32,000 bases of DNA from Saccharolobus solfataricus (GCF_900079115.1 NZ_LT549890.1:1710001-1742000); one strand, 5' to 3'; shown: positions 9,039 to 18,602, counted from the first letter of the stretch. Numbers and translations are program-made. The notes: generated by a model not told the origin, from the sequence alone.

Positions 9039-9716
9039 CGTGGTCGTAAAACTGAACTCGTATGCTTGTCCAGAATTGTAGTTTACATATGGTAACATTG
9101 GTGTCATTCCTACAGTATTCATTCTAATGTACATCATCGGATAATAGGGGTAAGGCGGCGGAACTGGTGTGATTGCAATATTATGTAACATATCCTCATC
9201 TAGATTAATGAATACAACTTGAACTGTAGCTCCTCTCGGAATTATGAGTGTTGGGTTAATTAAACCATAGATTACGAAGACATCGTGCTGTGCATAGGCT
9301 GGCGGTTGCTGTCCAGTTAAGTTAGTTGCCCTCTCATGACCCATTCCTAAGACTACTAATACTATATTTGAAGAAGTGAAAAGTAAAGTATTGTTATTAG
9401 GAAATACCTTAACATATGATGGTACATTTCTCATCATGGATATTGCTTCGCTTATTGTTATAGTATTCTCATACAGTGTAGCATAACCACCATAATAACC
9501 CATCATGTGATACGCTCCTCCACCTCCCATCATCCCTCCACCCATCATTCCGAAATTTCCTTGTGCATAATATCCCATGTACTGTAATTGTTGGTTGTAG
9601 TATGTTACGGAACTTTGTACCGGTAGATAGTAACTATAATAATAAGCATATCCTACTACACTTGCAACTACAACTGCAATTATCACACCTATTAATAGGA
9701 GTTTTTTGCTTTCCAT
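9039..9716 (-). pseudogene. N-terminal fragment of IS-disrupted sulfocyanin-like cupredoxin
   Basis: 226-aa ORF: N-terminal TM anchor, Gly/Met-rich linker GNFGMMGGGMMGGGGAYHMMGYYGG, then beta-rich domain with candidate His ligand (DMLHNIAI). The ORF ends FSFTTT, with its stop codon inside the IS inverted repeat. Confidence 0.8.
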
Positions 9717-9821
9717 AAGTATTATTTAGTATACGGCTTAAAAAATTTTTCTGATTAGTGTGACACACAAATTAAAAAGTTAATTTAAAAACTAGAAAAA
9801 CTAGTTAACTAATTTATTCTT

Positions 9822-10352
9822 TTATCTTTCATTTGATTTTTTATTGATATATCTACCGTAAAGTGTGTCAATTAGTTCTATATATCTCTCGTGTCTTTCT
9901 TTACCGAACTCTTCTTCTATTCTCTCAAATTTTTCGTAAATTACTTTGTTCTCGTCATCAGATAGCAAACTTTCAGCTGTTGGAAATAGGACGTTATTTT
10001 CCTTATCAATATGACTAGCTAATAGCACAATAAGGCTATTCAAATCCTCTCGCAATTCCTCAAATTCATTGTATCTAGCCTCTATCCTATTTATTATATC
10101 CCTCAACTTGTTATGCTCATATACCATGACGTAAATTGGGCCTCCTACCATCCCTTTGTGTTCTAAAAAGTCGAATAGTACTTTCTCTTCCTTAACGTGA
10201 TGACAATTATCCACGAAATTCTTTATGAAATCTATAATGATTTTAATATCTTGCATATTATTCTCGTTTATATCTATAACGTTAAGTATCTCTAACGCTT
10301 TTAGAATAACAGTATGTTCTTCCATTAAGGTCTTTATGGAATTTAACATCAT
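9822..10352 (-). CDS. hemerythrin-like (HHE cation-binding) domain protein
   Basis: 176 aa. Spaced His/Glu motifs EEH, HHVKEE, YEH and HIDKEN..LFP in a helical context. Confidence 0.7.
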   Translation of the reverse strand: MMLNSIKTLMEEHTVILKALEILNVIDINENNMQDIKIIIDFIKNFVDNCHHVKEEKVLFDFLEHKGMVGGPIYVMVYEHNKLRDIINRIEARYNEFEELREDLNSLIVLLASHIDKENNVLFPTAESLLSDDENKVIYEKFERIEEEFGKERHERYIELIDTLYGRYINKKSNER

Positions 10353-10473
10353 TGTGTTTTTTCTCCTTTTACTATTATACTGGACACCTAATGGTTAAGG
10401 GATAATAGGGAATGTTAAGTAGTATGAAAATTAACAATAAAATATAAATACTAGTTTTTTCAAATAAAAATAT

Positions 10474-10749
10474 ATGAAAGTAGTTGTAGTGCATCAGTGG
10501 GAAGATAGTCAGAAGGAAATCGTAACAAACTTCTTTAACCAACTAGTTAGCATGGCGAAAGGTAAAAAACTTCCTAAAGGAATGAAATTGGAAAACATAA
10601 AGATTTCTCAGGATGCAAAGACTGCAATTTGTGAATGGGATGTAGAAAATATGGATTTGCTAATGCAAGCAGCAAAACAATTTAATATCTCATGGAAAAT
10701 TACACCACTGGTCCCACAAACCTTATACGAGCATAAGTCTTTCTTCTAA
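10474..10749 (+). CDS. hypothetical small protein
   Basis: 91-aa ORF with host-like composition. No motif recognised. Confidence 0.45.
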   Translation: MKVVVVHQWEDSQKEIVTNFFNQLVSMAKGKKLPKGMKLENIKISQDAKTAICEWDVENMDLLMQAAKQFNISWKITPLVPQTLYEHKSFF

Positions 10750-10762
10750 TACAAGAATATAC

Positions 10763-10780
10763 TTCTTTCTTTTTTCCCAC
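10763..10780 (+). terminator. oligo-T tract, possible archaeal terminator
   Basis: cttctttcttttttccc lies immediately downstream of the 10474..10749 stop. Confidence 0.3.
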
Positions 10781-10805
10781 TTCCTTCTCTTTCTTTAAAT
10801 ATTCC

Positions 10806-11019
10806 GAGTGTGGATAACATTTTTTAATTTAGTATAAATCATAATAAAATATTAATTTGTTTTTCAACTCAACATGAGATTCAGATGTTGACAAAGAGAG
10901 ATTCCAGAATTCTTAATCTTCTTCAAAAATTTTTGTTACACAACTGAAACATTTGGCGGAACTGGTATTAGAGGAATTTAAACTAAGTTTCAAATGAATG
11001 AAATTTGTTGCTTCCATTC
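10806..11019 (+). mobile_element. 214-bp MITE, copy C
   Basis: Aligns with copies A and B. A perfect 8-bp direct repeat aatattcc lies at 10798-10805 and 11020-11027. Imperfect terminal inverted repeats (gagtgtggataaca / gaatggaagcaaca). Confidence 0.7.
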
Positions 11020-11038
11020 AATATTCCAAACAAAAAAT

Positions 11039-11653
<615 letters not shown>

Positions 11654-11670
11654 CTAATAAAGAATCTCAA

Positions 11671-12018
11671 CTATTGTTTTAATATCTTTTTTTCTAGATA
11701 CTCCTTTAACGCTACTGCATTATTATACGGTGACTTTGAAGCGTAAAGTAAAGTAATATTTTCACCTTTTTTAATTAATTGTAATAGTACGCTTATCTTT
11801 GGATTAGCATCTAATTCTTCAAAATATTTCTTTTTGAACTCGTCCCATTTACTAGTATCGTGACTAAACCACTTTCGTAATTCATCACTAGGCGCTATGT
11901 CTTTGAGCCACAAATCGACTTTATCCTTGCCAATACCTCTTGGCCATAACCTATCCACTAAGATCCTTATTCCATCATCCCTTTCTATTGGATCGTAAAC
12001 TCTCTTTAATTTAATCAT
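11671..12018 (-). CDS. DUF488 family protein
   Basis: 115 aa. KRVYDP...[16 protein letters not shown]...[18 protein letters not shown]...W..F matches the DUF488 consensus. Confidence 0.75.
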   Translation of the reverse strand: MIKLKRVYDPIERDDGIRILVDRLWPRGIGKDKVDLWLKDIAPSDELRKWFSHDTSKWDEFKKKYFEELDANPKISVLLQLIKKGENITLLYASKSPYNNAVALKEYLEKKILKQ

Positions 12019-12087
12019 AATTTAAACCTCTCATATTGGTTTAAAAAGGAAAACACTAATAGATTAGGTTTGCTAGAGTTTGAATCA

Positions 12088-12318
12088 CTATTGAAGTTCC
12101 ACTCTTAATGGCTTGTTAGTTATATGATGCAATCCAATGTGTGTAAGCATACTAGCAGCTCCTCTTCTCTTTTCATGGCAAACAGGACATTCATATCCAT
12201 CTTCCCTTACCATCGGTTTATAGCTAGAGTGCTGAAGTACCTTATGCTGATAATATAGGGAATTTGAACTAAACGTTTCTCCGCACACTTCACATTTCAG
12301 AACTATACGCTTAACCAT
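12088..12318 (-). CDS. small protein with two C2H2 zinc fingers
   Basis: 76 aa. CEVCGETFSSNSLYYQHKVLQH and CPVCHEKRRGAASMLTHIGLHH both fit C-x2-C-x12-H-x3-4-H. Confidence 0.7.
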   Translation of the reverse strand: MVKRIVLKCEVCGETFSSNSLYYQHKVLQHSSYKPMVREDGYECPVCHEKRRGAASMLTHIGLHHITNKPLRVELQ

Positions 12319-12339
12319 AATTATAATCTCCTTTTCTAA

Positions 12340-12347
12340 TATATAAA
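12340..12347 (-). promoter_or_regulatory. TATA-like box for the zinc-finger gene (leaderless geometry)
   Basis: The minus strand reads tttatata, followed by 21 nt and then the ATG at 12318. Confidence 0.35.
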
Positions 12348-12376
12348 TATTCAGTACCTAATTACTTAGGGGTATC

Positions 12377-12384
12377 ATATAAAT
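12377..12384 (+). promoter_or_regulatory. TATA-like box for the DUF59 gene
   Basis: atataaat is centred about 30 nt upstream of the ATG at 12411. Confidence 0.35.
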
Positions 12385-12410
12385 TTTCTAAAAGCATAGA
12401 AGAAAAATGT

Positions 12411-12800
12411 ATGAACAAGAAGGAAAAAGGTGAATGGAAGAAAAAGATAATTCAAGGATTACATGAGGTTTATGACCCTGAAATACCAATAGATATAGTT
12501 AACTTAGGATTAATCTATCAACTAGATATTAGTGATGAGGGAGATGTATACGTTAGGATAGGAGCTACTACACCAGCTTGCCCAGTTACAGAAGATTTGG
12601 AATATACTGTGGAGCAAGTAGTTAAGGAAAGTGTACAAGCTAAAAGTATAAAAGTAGAGTTGGATTTGGAGACAGAGTGGACGCCATTAATGATGACTGA
12701 CGAGGGTAGAAAAGAGTTCATAAGAAAATTTGGGTATGATATAGTTAAGAGGTGGGCTGAGAGAATGGGCATAAAATTAGAGGAAGAAAAAGTTACTTAA
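12411..12800 (+). CDS. DUF59/MIP18-family Fe-S cluster assembly protein (SufT/PaaD-like)
   Basis: 129 aa. VYDPEIPIDIVNLGLIY plus a downstream TTPACP cysteine, typical of DUF59. Confidence 0.75.
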   Translation: MNKKEKGEWKKKIIQGLHEVYDPEIPIDIVNLGLIYQLDISDEGDVYVRIGATTPACPVTEDLEYTVEQVVKESVQAKSIKVELDLETEWTPLMMTDEGRKEFIRKFGYDIVKRWAERMGIKLEEEKVT

Positions 12801-13224
12801 CAACTAATACTGGTATCTTGGCCTCATGGACAATTCTAGATGAAACACTACCTAGGAATATCCTCTTAACAGTTGATAATCCCCTACTTCCAGTGACTAT
12901 TAAATCAGCTCCTGTCTTTCCAGCGTAGTCCATTATTGCAGCTGCTGGGTCTCCCTCAATGTTTACAGCTTCAACGTTTTTAACTCCACTATTTACAGCT
13001 TTTTCCTTAGCCTCTTCAACGTCTCTCTTAGCCTTATTATACATTTCATTTATTACCTCACCTGGAATTGGACCTAAACCCATTCCAGCAAGTACTGAAG
13101 TATCTATTACCTCTATTATAGTAAGTTTAGCCTCATATCGTTTAGCCAGATCTATTGCAACATCTAACGCTCTTTTAGCGTTTTGCGATCCGTCGTAAGC
13201 CACTACTATATTTTTAAACACCAT
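12793..13224 (-). CDS. universal stress protein (UspA family)
   Basis: 143 aa. NIVVAYDGS...DLIVTGSRGLS...GSVSSRIVHEAKIPVLVV. Confidence 0.85.
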   Translation of the reverse strand: MVFKNIVVAYDGSQNAKRALDVAIDLAKRYEAKLTIIEVIDTSVLAGMGLGPIPGEVINEMYNKAKRDVEEAKEKAVNSGVKNVEAVNIEGDPAAAIMDYAGKTGADLIVTGSRGLSTVKRIFLGSVSSRIVHEAKIPVLVVK

Positions 13225-13516
13225 ATTTTAAGTCACCGAAATAATATAGACATACAAATATAAAAAACTTTATCCATGTGGTTAAGAGCCATACGATAGG
13301 AAAGAATCAAAATCATATTTAAAAGATTAAATAGTGTTTAGTCAAAGTATAAAAATTTCCTCCATACTTTTAAATGAATTGCTGAAACAGTATGAATCTG
13401 CTACAATATGAAATCTGGTCATGATGGACGAGTAAACACTTGACAAATGGTATAAAGTTTCTCATTTAAAGAGTGATTGTAGTGTGTATTGTTCTATTTA
13501 ACAATTTTTTCCTCTT

Positions 13517-13641
13517 CACTTTGTGAACTTGTTGAATTTTCACTAAAAGTTGAGGGATATTACAAACCTAAAAACGTTAATTGAAAGGAAGATAATATCT
13601 TAGTTAAGTGTAAAAAACTAAATAGGTCAACAACGCCTTAC
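13517..13641 (+). mobile_element. degenerate MITE related to the 29289..29420 element
   Basis: Shares cactttgtgaacttgttga... and the internal block ttaattgaaaggaagataata with the MITE at 29289. The right end and target duplication are not clear. Confidence 0.45.
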
Positions 13642-13649
13642 TATCATTA

Positions 13650-14594
13650 TCAAGATATATTCTCTTTTATAACTCTGAAAGCGTTCTTCCATAAAACTTC
13701 TTCCTCGTGTCCTTCTATTGCCTTGGTCAACTCCTTAACCTTCAAGATGTTCTCAAATCCCTTTGGAGCTTCACCTATGCCAAGGAAATCAGTCCCTATG
13801 GCGACGTAGTCCCAGCCAAATGATTCACCTAAGTATTTTATACTCTCAACTATACCACTAATGGACGCTTCTTTTAAAGTGGCAACAATTGCGGTAATGC
13901 CTATAACGCCTTTAGTCTTAACTATAGCTTCTATCTCCTCATCGTCCAAATTCCTCCTATGCTGTTTTAATCGGGTAAAGTTAGTATGAGAATCTATTAC
14001 TGGTTTTTTAGAAGTTGACGTTACATCTAGAACAGTTCTCTTACCAGCATGAGCTAGATCGATTATTATTCCTAGTTTATTAGCTAATCTGACTAACTCC
14101 TCACCCTCTGAAGTTAATCCGTAATCCTTCTTAGACATACATGATGACGCGAACTTATTATCGTAATTCCAAGTTAGACCTAAGTTGAGAACATGAAGTT
14201 CTTTTAAGAGATATATATCGCTATAATCCCTTAATACATCAGCACCTTCTAGTGATAATAACAGTTTAACACCTTCTTTCTCAAGATCATTAGCACTTCT
14301 CACAATCTTCACCAAATTCTTTCTCTCTAAATAATAGTAAAACTTAACTTGATCTAAAAACAGTTCAATGGAAAAATTAGTCGATCTAGTGGGGTTTCCG
14401 TAAAGGGCAGTCAATCCCTCACTCCTCTCATCTAGGGTATCCACATGGGGGAAAATGGAAGCAAAGACTAAAGAGTCAAACTCCTTGAGCATTCTAATGC
14501 TAGACTGTCTATCACCTTCAATTACATCAATCCCTTGTTGGTTTGAGTAAGCTAGATCCTCGTGAAGGTCTATTAACTTCATTTTTACCTCCAA
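13650..14594 (-). CDS. membrane dipeptidase (peptidase M19 family)
   Basis: 314 aa. IDLHEDL, DLAHAG, IDSHTNF and GTDFLG occur in M19 order. An alternative start at 14582 is possible. Confidence 0.75.
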   Translation of the reverse strand: MEVKMKLIDLHEDLAYSNQQGIDVIEGDRQSSIRMLKEFDSLVFASIFPHVDTLDERSEGLTALYGNPTRSTNFSIELFLDQVKFYYYLERKNLVKIVRSANDLEKEGVKLLLSLEGADVLRDYSDIYLLKELHVLNLGLTWNYDNKFASSCMSKKDYGLTSEGEELVRLANKLGIIIDLAHAGKRTVLDVTSTSKKPVIDSHTNFTRLKQHRRNLDDEEIEAIVKTKGVIGITAIVATLKEASISGIVESIKYLGESFGWDYVAIGTDFLGIGEAPKGFENILKVKELTKAIEGHEEEVLWKNAFRVIKENIS

Positions 14595-15723
14595 AGAATT
14601 TATAGTACATGTAAATATTTAAAGCCATTATGATCCCGGAGGCTAAGAATGGTACATCAATCTGCGATTCCGAGAATAAGTAACCAGTGAGACCAGTTGA
14701 ACCAGAGGATGCTGCTAACCTAGTCACTTGATTAATTCCCATGGCTCTACCTACTTCATCTTGGCTCACCATTTCCGTCATAGCCCTTTGTTGTATGGGT
14801 AGCGCTAGCACTCTCATTCCCGGAAGTATAAGGTAAATTCCTAGGGATATTGGGAATACCCTTATGAGGGGCATTATAATTGAAAGAAGTGCTCCTATAC
14901 CCCTAGTTATAGCTATACTCTTCAAAAATCCTATCTTCTTATCTAAAACCGGGGCCAAGAGGATTATTGTTGAGGCGATAAGACTACTAAGGAAAGTGTA
15001 GATTGACATTTCGGATTTTGGCGTGTGATATACGATAATGAAATACGGAATTAGGAATGGAGTTATTAGACCTACAGATATGCCATTTAATAACCCCGTA
15101 ATTGAGAACTTCCCTATGACAACTTTACTTTTCAATGAGGCTGACCTAGCCTTTATGTTTTTAGCCCTTATTGGAAATAGTGCTAAAACTGACAGAAATC
15201 CTAGTATTATCGCAAACAGAAACCCTTGCTTTGAAGTAAAGAATCCAGCTACGAGGGAACCAATTGAAGCGGATATTCCAGATAAAAATGTGAATAGGGA
15301 GAAGTAAAATGTTCTATCCTCGTTATCAGTTAGCTCAGTAATTAGCGCGTTCTGAATTGGAGCTACTATTCCCCCAATTCCACCTCCGGCGACTGCACCA
15401 GTGGCGGAATACCCTCCTAAGGCTGAGGCAATAAAGAGCGCTATTAAGGAGTGATTTATGAAAATAAGTAATACACTTAAAGGCAGGAAAAGTGAAACTA
15501 GAATTAGGGAATTTTTCCTTCCATATAAGTCTGCAAGATAACCTACAGCGAGTCCAAGTATAGCTGTAGCAAATGTGCCAACGGTGTATATAAATCCTAG
15601 AATTAGCGATGAGTATTTCAATTCAACTAGAACCAAGTAGGGTAGGATTACGAATATTATACCTGCTGACAAACTTCTCAAAATCCTTGAGATTGTTAGG
15701 GAAAAAACGCTTATCTTATTCAT
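14527..15723 (-). CDS. MFS transporter
   Basis: 398 aa with about 12 TM segments and the loop motif LADLYGRKNS between TM2 and TM3. Confidence 0.8.
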   Translation of the reverse strand: MNKISVFSLTISRILRSLSAGIIFVILPYLVLVELKYSSLILGFIYTVGTFATAILGLAVGYLADLYGRKNSLILVSLFLPLSVLLIFINHSLIALFIASALGGYSATGAVAGGGIGGIVAPIQNALITELTDNEDRTFYFSLFTFLSGISASIGSLVAGFFTSKQGFLFAIILGFLSVLALFPIRAKNIKARSASLKSKVVIGKFSITGLLNGISVGLITPFLIPYFIIVYHTPKSEMSIYTFLSSLIASTIILLAPVLDKKIGFLKSIAITRGIGALLSIIMPLIRVFPISLGIYLILPGMRVLALPIQQRAMTEMVSQDEVGRAMGINQVTRLAASSGSTGLTGYLFSESQIDVPFLASGIIMALNIYMYYKFFGGKNEVNRPSRGSSLLKPTRD

Positions 15724-15759
15724 AAGTTAAAAGTTATATTGTTTATTAAATAACTAACT

Positions 15760-16602
15760 CTACTCCTCCTCTTCTTTTCCCTCAACCTTAACCTCAACTT
15801 CCTTTTCGGCTTCTTCAACAGCTTTCTTCATCTGGCTAATCTCATTTTCTGGTAGGGGCTGAATTGAAACTGACCAATTGCTTATCTTCAAATACTTATC
15901 CCATTGTACTATAATTCCATTATCTGTTATATCCATTGGGTGTCTAACCATAGATATCTTAGTATCCCTCATCTTCCAAATTATAATTGACCTATACATT
16001 ACGCCCTCAACTTCATCAAGGTCTAACCTTATTATACCATCAACTGCGTGTTCCACGCCTGGCCCACCAAATCCCCTTTCCCCAACTGAAACTTGACTTA
16101 CGAAAATCGCAGTACATCCTAGACCGGAAATAACTCTCTTCAATTGCATTACAATACTCCTAGCCATCGCTGGTTTCGTTAAGTAAAGTGTACTTACTGA
16201 GTCCACAACGATTCTAGTAGCATTTATATCCTTTATTGCAGCTCTAATGTTTTCTGATAACTCCTTCACATCATCTATGCTTTTCACAACGTACTTCTCC
16301 CTTTGTGCGACATTACCAATTCCACCTGTAAATGTATCAATTATTGCGAATTTCCCTTCCCTTTCATATTTTCTCACATCCCATTTAAAGTGCTCAAAGC
16401 TTCTACGTACGGAGACGGGATGTTCCTCTAAGGCTATAAATACCCCTCCTTCACCCTTTGTTAGCCCGTTATATAGGAATTGTTTTCCTAGAATTGATTT
16501 ACCAGTTCCCGGTCCACCCGAAACTAATACTATGTGTCTTTCTGGAATTCCACCGTAAAGGATTTCATCAAGCCCAGGTATATATGTCTTTACTCTTTTC
16601 AT
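15760..16602 (-). CDS. single-domain KaiC/RecA-superfamily ATPase (archaeal KaiC-like)
   Basis: 280 aa. [29 protein letters not shown] (Walker A), IVVDSVS (Walker B-like) and an acidic C-terminal tail. Confidence 0.8.
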   Translation of the reverse strand: MKRVKTYIPGLDEILYGGIPERHIVLVSGGPGTGKSILGKQFLYNGLTKGEGGVFIALEEHPVSVRRSFEHFKWDVRKYEREGKFAIIDTFTGGIGNVAQREKYVVKSIDDVKELSENIRAAIKDINATRIVVDSVSTLYLTKPAMARSIVMQLKRVISGLGCTAIFVSQVSVGERGFGGPGVEHAVDGIIRLDLDEVEGVMYRSIIIWKMRDTKISMVRHPMDITDNGIIVQWDKYLKISNWSVSIQPLPENEISQMKKAVEEAEKEVEVKVEGKEEEE

Positions 16603-16758
16603 AAGATATTATAATTTGTAATGCATATAAAAGCTGCTTGATGATTGCTTCTTTGTTCATAACAAGTTACATTCCTACATTATAGCTTCTATATAATTTA
16701 TTTGTCATATATATTATATGTAGATAAGGCTTATTTCCAAACATAAGACTTCTTACAT

Positions 16759-17595
16759 ATGAACTATATATTAATTGGCGTAATCCTAGGAATCGTACAA
16801 GGGATAAGTGAGTGGATACCAATAAGTAGTAAAACCCAAGTATTAATCGTCTCATCAACACTTTTAGGTCTTTCCTTCAACGTAGCATACTCCTTTGGTC
16901 TATTTATGGAAATTGGGACAATTGCTGCTGCAATATTCTACTTCAGAAGTGAGATTTCAGGATTATTAAAGGCACTTGTTAGGATGTCCTCCAGAAGAGA
17001 AGACTATTTACTCTTGAAGTTCTTAGTAATTGTAACGATAATTACTGGGCTTGTGGGAGTGCCCCTTTACCTTTTCGTCATCTCTTTACCAATTTTAGGG
17101 TTACCAATGACAGTACTAGGAGTAGTCTTATTAATTGACGGAATTGTAATCTACTTATCAAGGAAGAATTATTTCCCTAGAAAAGGGTTACACGACTTGA
17201 AGTTAAGGGATATAATAATCGTTGGGATCGCACAAGGGTTGGCAGCTCTTCCCGGAGTCAGTAGATCTGGAATGACCACATCTGCGTTAATATTGTTAGG
17301 GGTAAAGCCAGAGGAAGCGTTTAAACTATCCTTTATTTCATTAATACCAGCTGCATTAGGTGCCATAAGTGTGACTGTACTTTTCAGCAAGCACGAGGTT
17401 TCACAAGCAGTTCACTCGGTAAGCCTATCTGGTTTGCTAATTTCAATCGTAGTTGCTACATTTGTTAGTATCTTCTTCATCAACGCATTATTAAGATTTG
17501 CTAGGACTAATAAGGTAGTTTTACTCGTAATAATCTTGGGGATTATGGCAATTATTAGTGGAATCTTAAGTGATATTGCAAAAGGTTTTTATTAA
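16759..17595 (+). CDS. uppP: undecaprenyl-diphosphate phosphatase
   Basis: 278 aa, polytopic. Motifs GISEWIPISSKTQ and LPGVSRSGMT are characteristic of UppP/BacA. Confidence 0.8.
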   Translation: MNYILIGVILGIVQGISEWIPISSKTQVLIVSSTLLGLSFNVAYSFGLFMEIGTIAAAIFYFRSEISGLLKALVRMSSRREDYLLLKFLVIVTIITGLVGVPLYLFVISLPILGLPMTVLGVVLLIDGIVIYLSRKNYFPRKGLHDLKLRDIIIVGIAQGLAALPGVSRSGMTTSALILLGVKPEEAFKLSFISLIPAALGAISVTVLFSKHEVSQAVHSVSLSGLLISIVVATFVSIFFINALLRFARTNKVVLLVIILGIMAIISGILSDIAKGFY

Positions 17596-17615
17596 AAGAT
17601 ATACAAGGTTTTATC

Positions 17616-18551
17616 ATGGATGTAAGACAAAGGTTGATATCGAGCATGGTTATCTCGTTAGGTCTGACCATTATATCGGAGGGTATAGTATTGATTGGAA
17701 TAGCTTCTCTACTTCATATATCTTTATTTTTTATATTTCCAGCTCTCGTAATTTTCTGGCTATTTCAATGGATTATATCTCCTTATGTAGTGGGAAGAGG
17801 TGGCTATGAAGTTTCTCCAAATGACCCACAGTACGGCTGGCTTTACAATTTAGTTAGGAGAATAGCTGAGGAGTCCAAAATTAAGCCCCCTAGAGTTTTT
17901 GTAATCGACGCACCTTATCCTAATGCATTTGCTTACGGTAATAGATTAGGCGGGATGAGAGTTGGAATAACTCTACCCCTCTTGAACATTCTGGACGTTG
18001 ATGAGTTAACCGCAGTTATAGCTCATGAAGTAGGACACATAAAGCACAGGGACGTTGAGATAGGTATGACAATAGGTCTTATTCCTACAGTGTTAGGATA
18101 TATAAGTACACTACTGATGAATTTCGGATATTTGGCATTATTCCTTGCAGCAGATGAAATTGAACTATTATTCGCCATAGCGGCTTTAGCAATAGGATTT
18201 GTCATATTCGTAGTAACTTTCATCTTGCAAATTTTCGTCTTATGGTTTAATAGGCTGAGAGAATCCTATGCAGATTATAATTCTTTTCTAGTATTAGGAG
18301 AGGGGTCGAAGGCTTTAGCTACTGCGTTAGCTAAGATTGAAATTTACATGCAAAACATTAGGATTGACCCATTCACTGGAATTATAGTGACAGCTCCACC
18401 AGTTAAGGTGGAAGAGAAAGATCCTCACTTGCTAGTCGAACAGTGGTTGAGAACTAAGGTTAGTGCATTTAAGGACATTTTATCAACTCATCCCTATCCA
18501 GCTAGAAGAGCTCAAATGATTTATCGATTAATATATGGTAGTAATATATAG
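17616..18551 (+). CDS. htpX: HtpX-like M48 zinc metalloprotease
   Basis: 311 aa, membrane-embedded. HEVGHIKHRD zinc motif and C-terminal THPYPARR. Confidence 0.8.
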   Translation: MDVRQRLISSMVISLGLTIISEGIVLIGIASLLHISLFFIFPALVIFWLFQWIISPYVVGRGGYEVSPNDPQYGWLYNLVRRIAEESKIKPPRVFVIDAPYPNAFAYGNRLGGMRVGITLPLLNILDVDELTAVIAHEVGHIKHRDVEIGMTIGLIPTVLGYISTLLMNFGYLALFLAADEIELLFAIAALAIGFVIFVVTFILQIFVLWFNRLRESYADYNSFLVLGEGSKALATALAKIEIYMQNIRIDPFTGIIVTAPPVKVEEKDPHLLVEQWLRTKVSAFKDILSTHPYPARRAQMIYRLIYGSNI

Positions 18552-18602
18552 TCTACATGCTTCTAAATATAATATAATTTCTCTATACGGAATCTTTATA
18601 AA

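Noticed and set aside
13225-13516. Long intergenic region searched for C/D-box sRNA (for example tcatgatggacgag) and small ORFs
   Set aside because: There is no proper RUGAUGA...CUGA arrangement with terminal complementarity, and only ORFs shorter than 15 codons.
16667-16861. 64-aa minus-strand ORF in the KaiC-like/uppP divergent intergenic region
   Set aside because: It overlaps the uppP start and the AT-rich promoter region, and no motif is present.
17570-17809. 79-aa plus-strand ORF overlapping the uppP end and the htpX start
   Set aside because: It is out of frame with two well-supported genes, and its product is not protein-like.
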